This document shows positions 26,801-35,085 of a stretch of DNA of 64,000 nt, piece by piece (the first letter of the stretch is position 1; the number at the start of each line of letters is the position of its first letter). Source of the stretch: Acidimicrobiaceae bacterium (GTDB lineage: Bacteria; Actinomycetota; Acidimicrobiia; Acidimicrobiales; Aldehydirespiratoraceae); assembly GCA_028819005.1 (NCBI GenBank), contig JAPPMP010000033.1, forward strand, positions 14,273-78,272. The letters are read 5' to 3'. The notes beneath the pieces were generated by a model. That model was not told the origin of the DNA, searched no databases, and saw nothing but the letters and a program-made list of their open reading frames with translations. The position numbers and the translations under genes were made by a program.

Positions 26801-28871
26801 GTCGGACCACAGCGCGCTCATATGTGCGATTCAGAAACGGAGCAGCGAAGGCTGCGTCTTGGCGGCTGTCGGCGAAAGAAAGCAGCTTCCTTCCTTTGCC
26901 GATCTCGTGCATCTGACCGGGGTCGGGTGATGGTGGAAGGTTCTGATACAGCGCGGTCGCAATTACCGAGAGTGGAGCGTCCCTGCCTGTTCGGTAAGGC
27001 GATACAACACCGTCACGACGTGAAGCGCTGCACACGACGCAGCGTTTCAGCTGACCGCTGTTGTCGGGCAAGTCGATTCGGGTGATTCTGACTTGATGCT
27101 TCTGTTGTTGTCTGGAGTCGCTGAGCAACCCACTCTCGACATCAAAATACTGGGTTGTGTCAGTCGGCAACTCCTGGTCGTCCAACAGCTCGTCTCCGAG
27201 CGCGTCGGCGTCCTCGTCGGTGAGGTCAGAGTGTTTGACGTCACTGATGTGCAAGTAGTCGAATTTTGGACCAGAGTGCAGTTGGAACTGCTCGCCGGCC
27301 CCGGTGGGTTCGATCCGGCCGATGGCGTACTCGCTTCCACACGACCGGCAGACGCCGATTTCAACCAAGTGTGACTGGATCCCCAAGTTCTGGCACCACG
27401 GACAGGTCTTGTGGCGTTCCATCTGGAGCCGGTTCGCTCCCGCGGGATGTTCGGGATGCTGGCACAGATAGCCGCCGTCAAGTGATTTGAGCCAATAGTG
27501 GTAACGAGCGGGCAGCAGTGGAGCGTCGTCAGGGCGAGGTTTGGCTGCCACAGCTAGATCGACGAGCTTGACGACGTCGTTGCGAGCACGGTCTCCCCCG
27601 AACGCATGGCGTGCAAGATCGTCAATCGAACGCGAGCCGCCCGATAACTGCTCCTGAACGGAGATCACCGTTTGTTCCTGGCCCAGCACGCGGTGTAGGT
27701 AGGCTTCGGGGGCTTCACCATCGCGAGAGTCAAGACTCGGAGCGTGCGCGAGAATCTGTTGCGCTAGTTCCGAAGCAGGTGCTCCGTTGCGAAAAGCCTG
27801 CTGCAGCAACCCGAAGGCTTCTTGGGGAAGCTTGAAGGCTGCGTCGTCGAGGACCAACGAGCGCCGCGTCGCTTCTACGATGTCCTGCCGGTTCAGGTCA
27901 TGGTCCACCCACTCGAACGGTTCATCGAACATCCGCTCGGCGAATTCAATGAGATCCGGGTAATCCTCCTGACCCTTTCCCATTGTGGCGCTTGTGGCGA
28001 AGCACTGAAGCCGGCCGGGTTCGCTGCTATGGATCCGATCGCGGACGCGACGGAGCAGCATCGCCACCTCGGTTCCCTGTGCGCCGTCGTACACGTGGGC
28101 TTCGTCCAGCACCAGATGACGCCACGCTTGGGCGTTGTCGCCATCGAAGAACGGGCTGTCCTTGGGTCGGAGCAGCAGGTATTCGAGCATCGCGTAGTTG
28201 GTGAGCAGCAGCGAAGGAGGATTCGCTTGGAGTTCTTCTCGCGAAAGCAGTTCGTTGGGAATGAGAGGCTCGGACGGGTAGCGGTGTCGAAATGCGTCCT
28301 CGGCCCCTTGTTTCGTGTAGCCGGTTTCTCCGACATAGCGTCCGAAAGTTATTTCGGGAAACGGCTCAAGCAACCGTCGAAGGCGCTTCACCTGGTCATT
28401 GGCGAGAGCGTTCATTGGATAGAGCAAGAGGGCGCGAACACCCGCGCGCGCAATCGACCCGCTTTCGATTTCTCTGAACAAACCGTTCAGGATGGGCAGC
28501 AGAAACGCCTCGGTCTTGCCGGACCCTGTTCCGGTCGCGACGATCAGGTTGCGGCCGCCTGCTGCCTTGCGGACCGCTGTCTCCTGATGAAGGTGCAGCG
28601 GGCGATCAATGGGGAAGGTCTGCGGGCTGAAACGAAGAAACAAATCCGACAGCAGCCCCTCCTCGACGAGTTCGCGAACCGAGCACCCTTGCTCGAATGG
28701 TGCGGATGCTTCAAGAAAAGGCCCTTTAGACAACTCTGCGTTTTTCATCGTCGACTCGAACTCGCGGGCTCTCCCGGGATGGCTGCCACGGAAAGTGGAA
28801 ATCAGGTAGCTCCGGTATGCGCTGTCGATCTGCTCGGTTGTCTTCAACGCGTCGAGTGTTTCAGTCTCCAT
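23871..28871 (-). CDS. 1666-aa DExH-box helicase with DUF1998-like zinc region and small C-terminal domain (DruE-like)
   Basis: ATGTGSGKT (28512-28538), DEAH (28095-28106), SAT, QRAGRAGRR (25764-25790) and Cys clusters at aa 1301-1323, 1407-1410 and 1538-1549. The gene-level call is firm; the DruE label is an inference. Confidence 0.85.
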   Translation of the reverse strand: METETLDALKTTEQIDSAYRSYLISTFRGSHPGRAREFESTMKNAELSKGPFLEASAPFEQGCSVRELVEEGLLSDLFLRFSPQTFPIDRPLHLHQETAVRKAAGGRNLIVATGTGSGKTEAFLLPILNGLFREIESGSIARAGVRALLLYPMNALANDQVKRLRRLLEPFPEITFGRYVGETGYTKQGAEDAFRHRYPSEPLIPNELLSREELQANPPSLLLTNYAMLEYLLLRPKDSPFFDGDNAQAWRHLVLDEAHVYDGAQGTEVAMLLRRVRDRIHSSEPGRLQCFATSATMGKGQEDYPDLIEFAERMFDEPFEWVDHDLNRQDIVEATRRSLVLDDAAFKLPQEAFGLLQQAFRNGAPASELAQQILAHAPSLDSRDGEAPEAYLHRVLGQEQTVISVQEQLSGGSRSIDDLARHAFGGDRARNDVVKLVDLAVAAKPRPDDAPLLPARYHYWLKSLDGGYLCQHPEHPAGANRLQMERHKTCPWCQNLGIQSHLVEIGVCRSCGSEYAIGRIEPTGAGEQFQLHSGPKFDYLHISDVKHSDLTDEDADALGDELLDDQELPTDTTQYFDVESGLLSDSRQQQKHQVRITRIDLPDNSGQLKRCVVCSASRRDGVVSPYRTGRDAPLSVIATALYQNLPPSPDPGQMHEIGKGRKLLSFADSRQDAAFAAPFLNRTYERAVVRRVVLQAISDLSKRYGEAPRFDDVVDNARRAVEDVLLNPDDGRAANQKTVERWVTREALALDRRQSLDGLGLVDIRSALPRLLEPPDSLLRLGLERDECFDLLQILLDTLRLSGAVSTPDGVDISHEMFAPRNVQIAMREQGSASGILSWLPGARSTNRRVEILRKVLLRRTVEAGPVDVLKNVWEQITGPAGDGLFTRSNDHRGVTFALNHTRLEFGLASTDNPAYQCAKCRNIWWRTIAGECPSWRCEGTLELVDAATVDSNHYAQLYRKLDVIGMSVEEHTAQWRPDKASEIQDRFVRGKLNVLSCSTTFEMGVDVGDVQAVLLRNVPPSASNYVQRAGRAGRRQNSAAVVIAMAQLRSHDRTFFNDPMTMIDGHVNPPRIHLENTPILRRHAHSVAFAAFQRHLADRGLEPATQVGKFFRERGESGADAFQTWLNCKPTAIQTALQRVLPDAASAEMDIAGWGWVEALYQHDDSEPTFGWMKRAAEDVDEESEALSEMIADAFDQQRGSQGDRLKRVKRNLEARSLLGFLASRNILPKYGFPIDVVPLHLSDAGTESQSLELDRDLRVAITEFAPGESVVAGGQLWVAKGIRQPHRGEELPKYHWKVCHACEAFRMHIEEVSPECPECGCQKTRSQKGAGHFISPRYGFVGKHEGEPHSPPSRRTGTQTYFGSYRDAAPEFAEIPELSSTLAVSARASSAGRIVTINANGYRFCPWCGKGERASGRSSKDHDDLRRPGKKCAGRMQFTQLGHDYLTDVLEIQFEGTPRTRFPGNSMTSLLSALLAAVPAIGINRAEVDGTMHFRGRNSSSAMVLFDTVPGGAGHAQRILDNLPALFMAARRVVVCSCQESASCYGCLRTYRNQYFHDELSRGYAQALIDHILSTRKPDEFKAFSPLVHGLLRKVSDLGASTPVAEFATSSGDVLEVAWPDQQVAILLDRDEHRDSQLFEDGWTAQHVHDWVPEKLIEALNPQK

Positions 28872-31800
28872 CGGGCGCCCCCCTCAGCGAACCCTGCTCG
28901 CGCAGGTGGTACAGCAGAGCGACCACGAGCTGGCGTTCAACTAGACGAGGCGCGAATTCGTAGGCCGCGGACAGGGCGTCGATCGCCATTGAATCGATCC
29001 TTGGATTGGTGTTGAAACAGACCAACTGGAGCGAAATTGCCAACAGGTCCGCCGGCAATCGCAACAGAGGGTCTGGTGCTTGACTCAGTTCAGCATGTGC
29101 GACGCGTGCCTGTTCTGGCCATTCGCCTTGGGATAGACCGAGCAGAGTCCTCTGCCCTTCTTGCCATCGCTGAGTCTCCGAATAATCGCCCGCTGACTGG
29201 AGCAACCACCGGACCATCGCTTCGAGGAACCCTGTCATTTGCAGTAATACGACCCTCTGGCTCGTGATTTTCGCGTAGGTCTTCCTCAAGGAACCGATTT
29301 CACGTTTGAGAATCTCTGTCTTCAACGGCTTGCCGTCGTATACGGGACCGTCGGTAAGAACCCAGCCGAGGTGGGTCTTCCAGCGAGACAGAGCCGCCTC
29401 ATCTACAGGCCGATCCATCGCTGCTGCAAGAACTGGTGAAACCTCCCACAGATCGCGGTAGTCGCGATCGTTGAGCGAGCCGGCACTGATCGGACAGTCG
29501 CAAGCTCCGGTTATCAGTTGCAAGACTGCAAGACGAGCGATGTGTTCCCCGAGGCGACCGGTCTGGTGTTCGGCAACGATGGCTTTCGCGAGTCGCGCCG
29601 GATCGTCCAAAAGCGTCTCGGAGCAGTGGTGTTTGACAAGGTCTTTGAGCGAATCATTGAGCTGACGCGATGACGCGACGACGAGAGTGATCGCCTGCAA
29701 TGCCTCAGACGCGAGGCGCATGGCCTCGGTCTCATCGGGCGCAGCTTCAATCGCTTCACGCGTAGGGAAGTTCGCAAGTTCATCTTGGCCCGACCGATCG
29801 GTGGACAGATCCTGGTCTGGCGAGACGTCGAATCGGCACATGTTCGCAGAATCGTGGCTTGGGAATCTGGTTTCGGCCACCTCCACGGTGAGTTCTGCGA
29901 TGTAGTGGCTCGGCGACAGATCCAAAGGACCAAGCAAGATTCGCTGTGAACCGTCGAGTCCGTCCAGAACCCGAAAATCAACCGGGTCGATCCACGGGCG
30001 CAGACTGTCCCAAATGCGAACGACGCGACCATCCGTCGTGGCGACCTCTTCGAACTCGCAGAACGCGTCGCCGTTGCCGTGCATAAACTCGAACCACCGG
30101 ACTTTGTAGTCTCTCCGAATCTCCAGAGCGGAACCTGCGACGGATTCGGCTTCGATCGAGACGACCAACAGAGGCTCTGATGTATGCCGCACCGTGTCGC
30201 GAAAGGACCGCAAATCGAGCCGAAGCCGGCCTGTGCGCCGCGAGGTGGTCTTCCAACTGCCTTGTTGCACGACAGCGTCGAATCGGTCCCGCAGGACAGC
30301 GCGGACTCGCGTTTCCAAACCTGTGTTGACCCAGAGAAACGGCTCAGAATCAAGGAACTCTTCTACGGTAACTGAAACTTTCTGAAGCCCGAAGCTCTCC
30401 GCGGCGATGTCGGGCCCGATGTCCCATAGCAGCCGCGGAATCTTGAATTGCAGCTCGGCCGCCTCTCTTGAAGTCGAAGCCGTGAGTTCGAGTGTGTCGC
30501 TGCCAGGGGCAAACTCATAAGCGTCCCGACCTGGTTCCGGTCCGCCAGGCCGGCCGAGATGAACCCCGTCATCCACCGTAATCGTGTTGACGAACGTCTC
30601 ATACGGAGCCACCACCTTGCTAGGAGGTCGGTAGTCGAGCCCTGAGACAACAATAAACTGCTGGTCCAAGTCACCACCGAGTGGCCCGCTGACCCGAATT
30701 CCGATTTGCGCCACCAACGGGATATCGTCCAGTTGATCCAGTGACCACAGGTTGTCGTCCTCTCCGAGCCTGGTTTCGATGCGTCCTAGCTGAGCTACCT
30801 GCCGGACTCCCCGTGGTTCGTCGTTGACATTCAGGCTTACAAACCACCGTTTCGGGTTGTCGCCGCGAGGGATCCGCAGCATCGGTAAGCCGTCATAAAC
30901 GGGCGTGTCGCGGTGGCCCGCAACGCCAGGCAGAGGTTCCCCGATCAGTGCAGCCCGCCCATTCTCTGAACCGCATCGCAGAATCACCTCAGAACGAATC
31001 GAATCGTCGTGACCGCCATATTCAACGGCCAGTTCGCAGTTCTCCCCAAGGTCTACGTCGACGACGGTGTAGCCGCCCCAATCCCCGCTCAAAGGCGCGT
31101 AGTTGGTGGAACGAACAAGCCTGCGGTTGCCGATGTGAAGGGTGGAGCCATCGGGCACAAGGGCTACCAAGTCATCCCCGGTCCACAGCCTTGAGGTGAC
31201 CGGCCGGCCATCGGTAAGCCCGAAGAGATAGACCCCTCCCGCTGAGGAGATGACGTCAAGCCTGCTCGCCAGCTCACCGTTGCAGCGGCCCTCGACAATC
31301 CAGCGGCTGGTCGCGGGCAGCGGTTGAATGCGTGTACGAAACCGGGAAGGCTGAAAGGAGTGCTGTTCGAAGTCACCCCGTAAGAGCCATTTGTCGATTT
31401 CGCTGGTTGGCGGAAGGACTAGTTCAGGCCCCGCTTCAGTCCAAGGGTCAAACAGGATCTTTGGTCGAGCCGCAGAAGATGTGACGGCAAGCGAGCGGGG
31501 CATGGTGACCTGGCCCATGACGTCGTCCAGATACTGCGCAAGCCCGAAATCCTCAGCGCTGACCTTCGCGTTCTGGACTCTCTCCTTCAATAGGAGTGCG
31601 AGTCGGTTGAGATAGTCTTCTGCAAGGTCGTCGCCGTAGCGAAGGAAGTGAAGGACCGGCTCGGGCAATGGCACACTGCGATCATCATGAAGCAGTGCGG
31701 TGTGTAACTCGGTACCGTTGGCCAGACCTTCGTTGAGGAACCCCGATACTCGCTCGAGCAGTCTTTGTGATGACTCTTTGGGCACGATCGCGTGGAACAT

Positions 31801-32235
31801 CACCTGGCTCACGTACCGCATGTGTGGTTCGTCCCGCAGGCGCTCAGCAGCGTCAAGAAGACGTTGTTCCTTAACGGCTTTCTCGAACGCTTGACCCGTC
31901 GCCGTCTGAAGGGAGGCTCGGCCGCCGACAAACGGAACATGCTTCCACAGCTCACCACCGTGACCGTGGTGAGCCCCGATTCCGGCTAGGTAGTACGCGA
32001 ACAGTGCCGGATGTGTCCTGGCGAATGCTTCGACACGACTCGCCATGTCGCGCTCAGTTGGTTTGGCAAAGTGCTCTTCGACTAGCTGTTTGGCCCGCGC
32101 AAACGCAGGTCCTTCGAATGGGAACTCACCGACCAGCCGCCGAGTGCTGAGCTTTGACTGGATGTACCTGTCAAGCTCAACCGGATACATGGACGCTATG
32201 TCTGTGCTGTTGGGACCGCGATTACCGCTTTCCAT
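28861..32235 (-). CDS. 1124-aa protein of unknown function, translationally coupled to the helicase (DruH-like position)
   Basis: A long uninterrupted ORF whose stop (28861-28863) overlaps the helicase start (28869-28871). I recognise no motifs. Confidence 0.8.
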   Translation of the reverse strand: MESGNRGPNSTDIASMYPVELDRYIQSKLSTRRLVGEFPFEGPAFARAKQLVEEHFAKPTERDMASRVEAFARTHPALFAYYLAGIGAHHGHGGELWKHVPFVGGRASLQTATGQAFEKAVKEQRLLDAAERLRDEPHMRYVSQVMFHAIVPKESSQRLLERVSGFLNEGLANGTELHTALLHDDRSVPLPEPVLHFLRYGDDLAEDYLNRLALLLKERVQNAKVSAEDFGLAQYLDDVMGQVTMPRSLAVTSSAARPKILFDPWTEAGPELVLPPTSEIDKWLLRGDFEQHSFQPSRFRTRIQPLPATSRWIVEGRCNGELASRLDVISSAGGVYLFGLTDGRPVTSRLWTGDDLVALVPDGSTLHIGNRRLVRSTNYAPLSGDWGGYTVVDVDLGENCELAVEYGGHDDSIRSEVILRCGSENGRAALIGEPLPGVAGHRDTPVYDGLPMLRIPRGDNPKRWFVSLNVNDEPRGVRQVAQLGRIETRLGEDDNLWSLDQLDDIPLVAQIGIRVSGPLGGDLDQQFIVVSGLDYRPPSKVVAPYETFVNTITVDDGVHLGRPGGPEPGRDAYEFAPGSDTLELTASTSREAAELQFKIPRLLWDIGPDIAAESFGLQKVSVTVEEFLDSEPFLWVNTGLETRVRAVLRDRFDAVVQQGSWKTTSRRTGRLRLDLRSFRDTVRHTSEPLLVVSIEAESVAGSALEIRRDYKVRWFEFMHGNGDAFCEFEEVATTDGRVVRIWDSLRPWIDPVDFRVLDGLDGSQRILLGPLDLSPSHYIAELTVEVAETRFPSHDSANMCRFDVSPDQDLSTDRSGQDELANFPTREAIEAAPDETEAMRLASEALQAITLVVASSRQLNDSLKDLVKHHCSETLLDDPARLAKAIVAEHQTGRLGEHIARLAVLQLITGACDCPISAGSLNDRDYRDLWEVSPVLAAAMDRPVDEAALSRWKTHLGWVLTDGPVYDGKPLKTEILKREIGSLRKTYAKITSQRVVLLQMTGFLEAMVRWLLQSAGDYSETQRWQEGQRTLLGLSQGEWPEQARVAHAELSQAPDPLLRLPADLLAISLQLVCFNTNPRIDSMAIDALSAAYEFAPRLVERQLVVALLYHLREQGSLRGAPDGD

Positions 32236-32292
32236 GTGGAGTCACTCGGCTCTTCTACGGGGTGGCGCATTGTCTACCACAGAAGTGTGACA

Positions 32293-32305
32293 TCGGATGA
32301 TCCGA
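32293..32305. promoter_or_regulatory. 13-bp palindrome TCGGAT-G-ATCCGA upstream of the giant-gene pair
   Basis: Read directly. It lies 58-70 nt upstream of ATG 32235 in the 93-bp gap. Confidence 0.25.
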
Positions 32306-32328
32306 CCGAGGCGACGAGCGCGTCCCGT

Positions 32329-33417
32329 TCAGTCGAGGAGGAACTCAGCGGCGTTGTGGTCGCTGATCGCGGTCATGGAGCGATTGAACATGTCGACTAT
32401 GAGCGCCCTGGCCCGGTCGTTGACGAGTTCGATGCGTCCAGCCTGGATCGGATAGCACAGGCAGAACATCGCGGTCGCCCGGTAGTCGTCCATCAACATG
32501 TCGTAGTCGTGGTCGACGCCCGCGGCCCGTAGCTCGTCGAGGTAGGCATCGATGAGTGCAGCCTCATGAGCCCTGCGGTCTTCGATGGTCAAGCTCTGCG
32601 TCATGAAGTAGGCGAGGTCGTAGGCGAAGGGTCCCTTGGCGCAGACCTGCCAGTCGATGGCCGTGACCCTGCCGTCGGCGGAGAAGAACAGGTTGTCGAG
32701 CCGGTAATCGCCGTGGACCAGGGTGATCGGGCGGCCCTCCTTGACGGTCAGCAGGGAACGCGCGGAGGTGGCGAAACGGTCCATGATCGCGACTAGCTCA
32801 TCGGTGACGAGTTCGGGGAACGACTCCTGGAACGGTCCCCAGGAATCGGCCATTCCCTGTATCACACCCTCGGGATTAGGCGAGTCCGAACCGAACGGCA
32901 CCCAGGCGAAGTCGGGATCGTCGAACAGCGCAGAATCAGCGAACGCTGCATGGTGACGAGCGATGTTCTGTAGCGTGAGCAGGGCCGCGTCAAGCGGACA
33001 GCCATCGACCTGACTGTGAACCGCCGCGTCACCGACGTCCTCGAGCAGGAGTGCGAAATCGTCGGTCTCAAGATCATGGTCAGCCGCGTAGCAGGCGGTG
33101 GTGGGGACCGGGGTCAGCGGCGCGAAGTGGCGGTAGAAACCGACTTCCTTCTCATAGAACCGAAAGACGCGCGACACATAGCGAGCCTGAGGGTCGCTGG
33201 ATGCGAGCTTCAGCACGACCGTTGCAGGACCAGCATCTTCGTTGTCATAGCGCAGCGACAGGCGGTACAGCAGCCCCATGATGCCGATCCCCATGCCGAT
33301 CGGCTCGATGTCGAATTCGGTCACCTGTGAGTCAGCGGCGAGAACTCCCCCCGAGCGCAGCGACTGCGTGAGCCACTGCGCCGCGACTTCGTCAATCTGA
33401 GTCGGGAACGTTGCCAT
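32329..33417 (-). CDS. phosphotransferase-family (APH/EcKinase-like) protein
   Basis: LVHGDYRLDNLFF and IDWQ motifs. Confidence 0.8.
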   Translation of the reverse strand: MATFPTQIDEVAAQWLTQSLRSGGVLAADSQVTEFDIEPIGMGIGIMGLLYRLSLRYDNEDAGPATVVLKLASSDPQARYVSRVFRFYEKEVGFYRHFAPLTPVPTTACYAADHDLETDDFALLLEDVGDAAVHSQVDGCPLDAALLTLQNIARHHAAFADSALFDDPDFAWVPFGSDSPNPEGVIQGMADSWGPFQESFPELVTDELVAIMDRFATSARSLLTVKEGRPITLVHGDYRLDNLFFSADGRVTAIDWQVCAKGPFAYDLAYFMTQSLTIEDRRAHEAALIDAYLDELRAAGVDHDYDMLMDDYRATAMFCLCYPIQAGRIELVNDRARALIVDMFNRSMTAISDHNAAEFLLD

Positions 33418-33449
33418 TGCGCCCGAACACTAGTCGTTACGATCAACTG

Positions 33450-35033
33450 GTGGAATCGGGTCGATCCATTGAGATTGTCGTCAACGGCCGCAACGTTGCG
33501 ATCGGCGAATCAATTGCCGAATCGGCGACGTTGCTCGACGTGCTGCGTGACGATCTCCACCTCACCTCGGTCAAGGACGGGTGCAGCCCCCAAGGGCAGT
33601 GTGGCTGTTGCACCGTGCTGGTGGACGGCGTGCCACGGGTGTCGTGCGTGACCCCGGTGCGGCGGGTTCGTGATCGCACCGTCACCACCCTCGAAGGACT
33701 CCCCGATGATCTCAGCGCGGCGTGGGCCGAATCGTTCGCTGCTGCCGGAGGAAGTCAATGCGGGTTCTGCACCCCCGGAATCATCTGCCGCTTCGAGGGA
33801 CTGCGGGCCAAGGGCGGGGACCACAATGACCGAGAAGCCGCGGCGAAGGCGCTGCAAGCACATCTGTGCCGGTGCACCGGCTGGCAGACCGTGGTTGACG
33901 CATGGGAGGCGTTCGACGACCATCACCGGACCCCGGACGCACCTGTTGATGTCCGCACGCTCAACCGAGACGGCGACGCGGCTCGCAGAGCGACCATCGA
34001 GGGAGGCGTCGCCCAGTCTGTGGGTCCAGCGGTCGCCGCGGGACTCGGTGGTTTCGCCGACGACTCCGCCCCCGTTGATGCACTCGTAGCGGTTCTGAAC
34101 AAAGACGGGCAATGGGTGCTCGCCGAGAACCGTGCTGAGGCTCTGCGTCTTGCGGGCAAAGTGCAAGGCCGTCGCACGACGGCGGTTTTCGACCCGCCGA
34201 TCGCGATGCCGGAAGGCACGTTCGACCTTGCGCTTCGCACTTCGTGGGTCGAGCCCGCCTACCTCGAAACCGACGCGTCCTGGTGCGTTCCGGGGGGCGA
34301 CCCGGTGTCGCCGTTGGCGAACGGGGGAGCATTCGGGGCGAAACAATCGAGCGAGGTCGCAGAGGCTGCGCGGCGTCTGGCCAACGAATCGGGACGCCCG
34401 GTGCGGGTGCTGTACTCCCGCGAAGACTCCGTGCGGCGCGGTCCCAAGCGCCCACCGCTAGCGGCGGGAGTAAACCGCGACGGAACGGGCGTGGTTCGGG
34501 TCGCCCGGACACCGGGCATCGGCGAAGCGATCGCCGGCGTCGCTCCCGGGTTGCTGGTGGAGGAAGTCGATGTGGCCGGCCCGCCGACCAGTACGGCCAT
34601 CCGCGGGGCCGGTTGGGTCGAAGCAGTCGTTCTGCTGGCCGGAGCACGAGGCGATGTCGGTTGGATCAAGGCACCCGGTGGAGGTGAGGCGACGGCCTCA
34701 GTCGGAGCGGATGGGACGCTGCACGTCTCTGTGCGCGCCGGAGCGGTTCTCGACGAGACTGTTCTTCGCTCGTACTGCATCGGAGCTGCGCATATGGCCC
34801 TGTCGTGGTTGACGAGCGAGAGTCTCGCCGTCGACGAGAACGGTGAACTCCACGATCTGACGATCCGTTCCTTCGGTGTGCTGCGCGCCGTCGACACGCC
34901 CTGCATCGAGATAACGGTCGAGCCTTCAACCGACGATCCGGTCAACGGCTCAGACGCAGTGCTCGCGTCGGTCGCTGCCGCTGTCTGGATTGATCGAGGC
35001 TGCCCGTCGCAGTGGCCGATCCGCGACCGTTGA
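33450..35033 (+). CDS. (2Fe-2S)-binding protein fused to a short xanthine-dehydrogenase-like domain
   Basis: GCSPQGQCGCCTV and CGFCTPG...CRCTG iron-sulfur motifs, then GGAFGAK and RPVRVLYSRED. The start is GTG 33450 or the listed 33411. Confidence 0.75.
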   Translation: MESGRSIEIVVNGRNVAIGESIAESATLLDVLRDDLHLTSVKDGCSPQGQCGCCTVLVDGVPRVSCVTPVRRVRDRTVTTLEGLPDDLSAAWAESFAAAGGSQCGFCTPGIICRFEGLRAKGGDHNDREAAAKALQAHLCRCTGWQTVVDAWEAFDDHHRTPDAPVDVRTLNRDGDAARRATIEGGVAQSVGPAVAAGLGGFADDSAPVDALVAVLNKDGQWVLAENRAEALRLAGKVQGRRTTAVFDPPIAMPEGTFDLALRTSWVEPAYLETDASWCVPGGDPVSPLANGGAFGAKQSSEVAEAARRLANESGRPVRVLYSREDSVRRGPKRPPLAAGVNRDGTGVVRVARTPGIGEAIAGVAPGLLVEEVDVAGPPTSTAIRGAGWVEAVVLLAGARGDVGWIKAPGGGEATASVGADGTLHVSVRAGAVLDETVLRSYCIGAAHMALSWLTSESLAVDENGELHDLTIRSFGVLRAVDTPCIEITVEPSTDDPVNGSDAVLASVAAAVWIDRGCPSQWPIRDR

Positions 35034-35085
35034 GCATGGTGCTTTTGCTCGTTTGCGAAGCTGCGTAACGGTTTTCCCGAAATCT

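Noticed and set aside
19186-28871. DISARM-type system with dcm acting as the methylase partner of the helicase
   Set aside because: The methyltransferase is about 3.7 kb away and separated by erpA, an ATPase relic, an esterase gene and an intact ATPase gene. It is paired with vsr instead. No separate DUF1998 (DrmB-like) or PLD (DrmC-like) gene is present.
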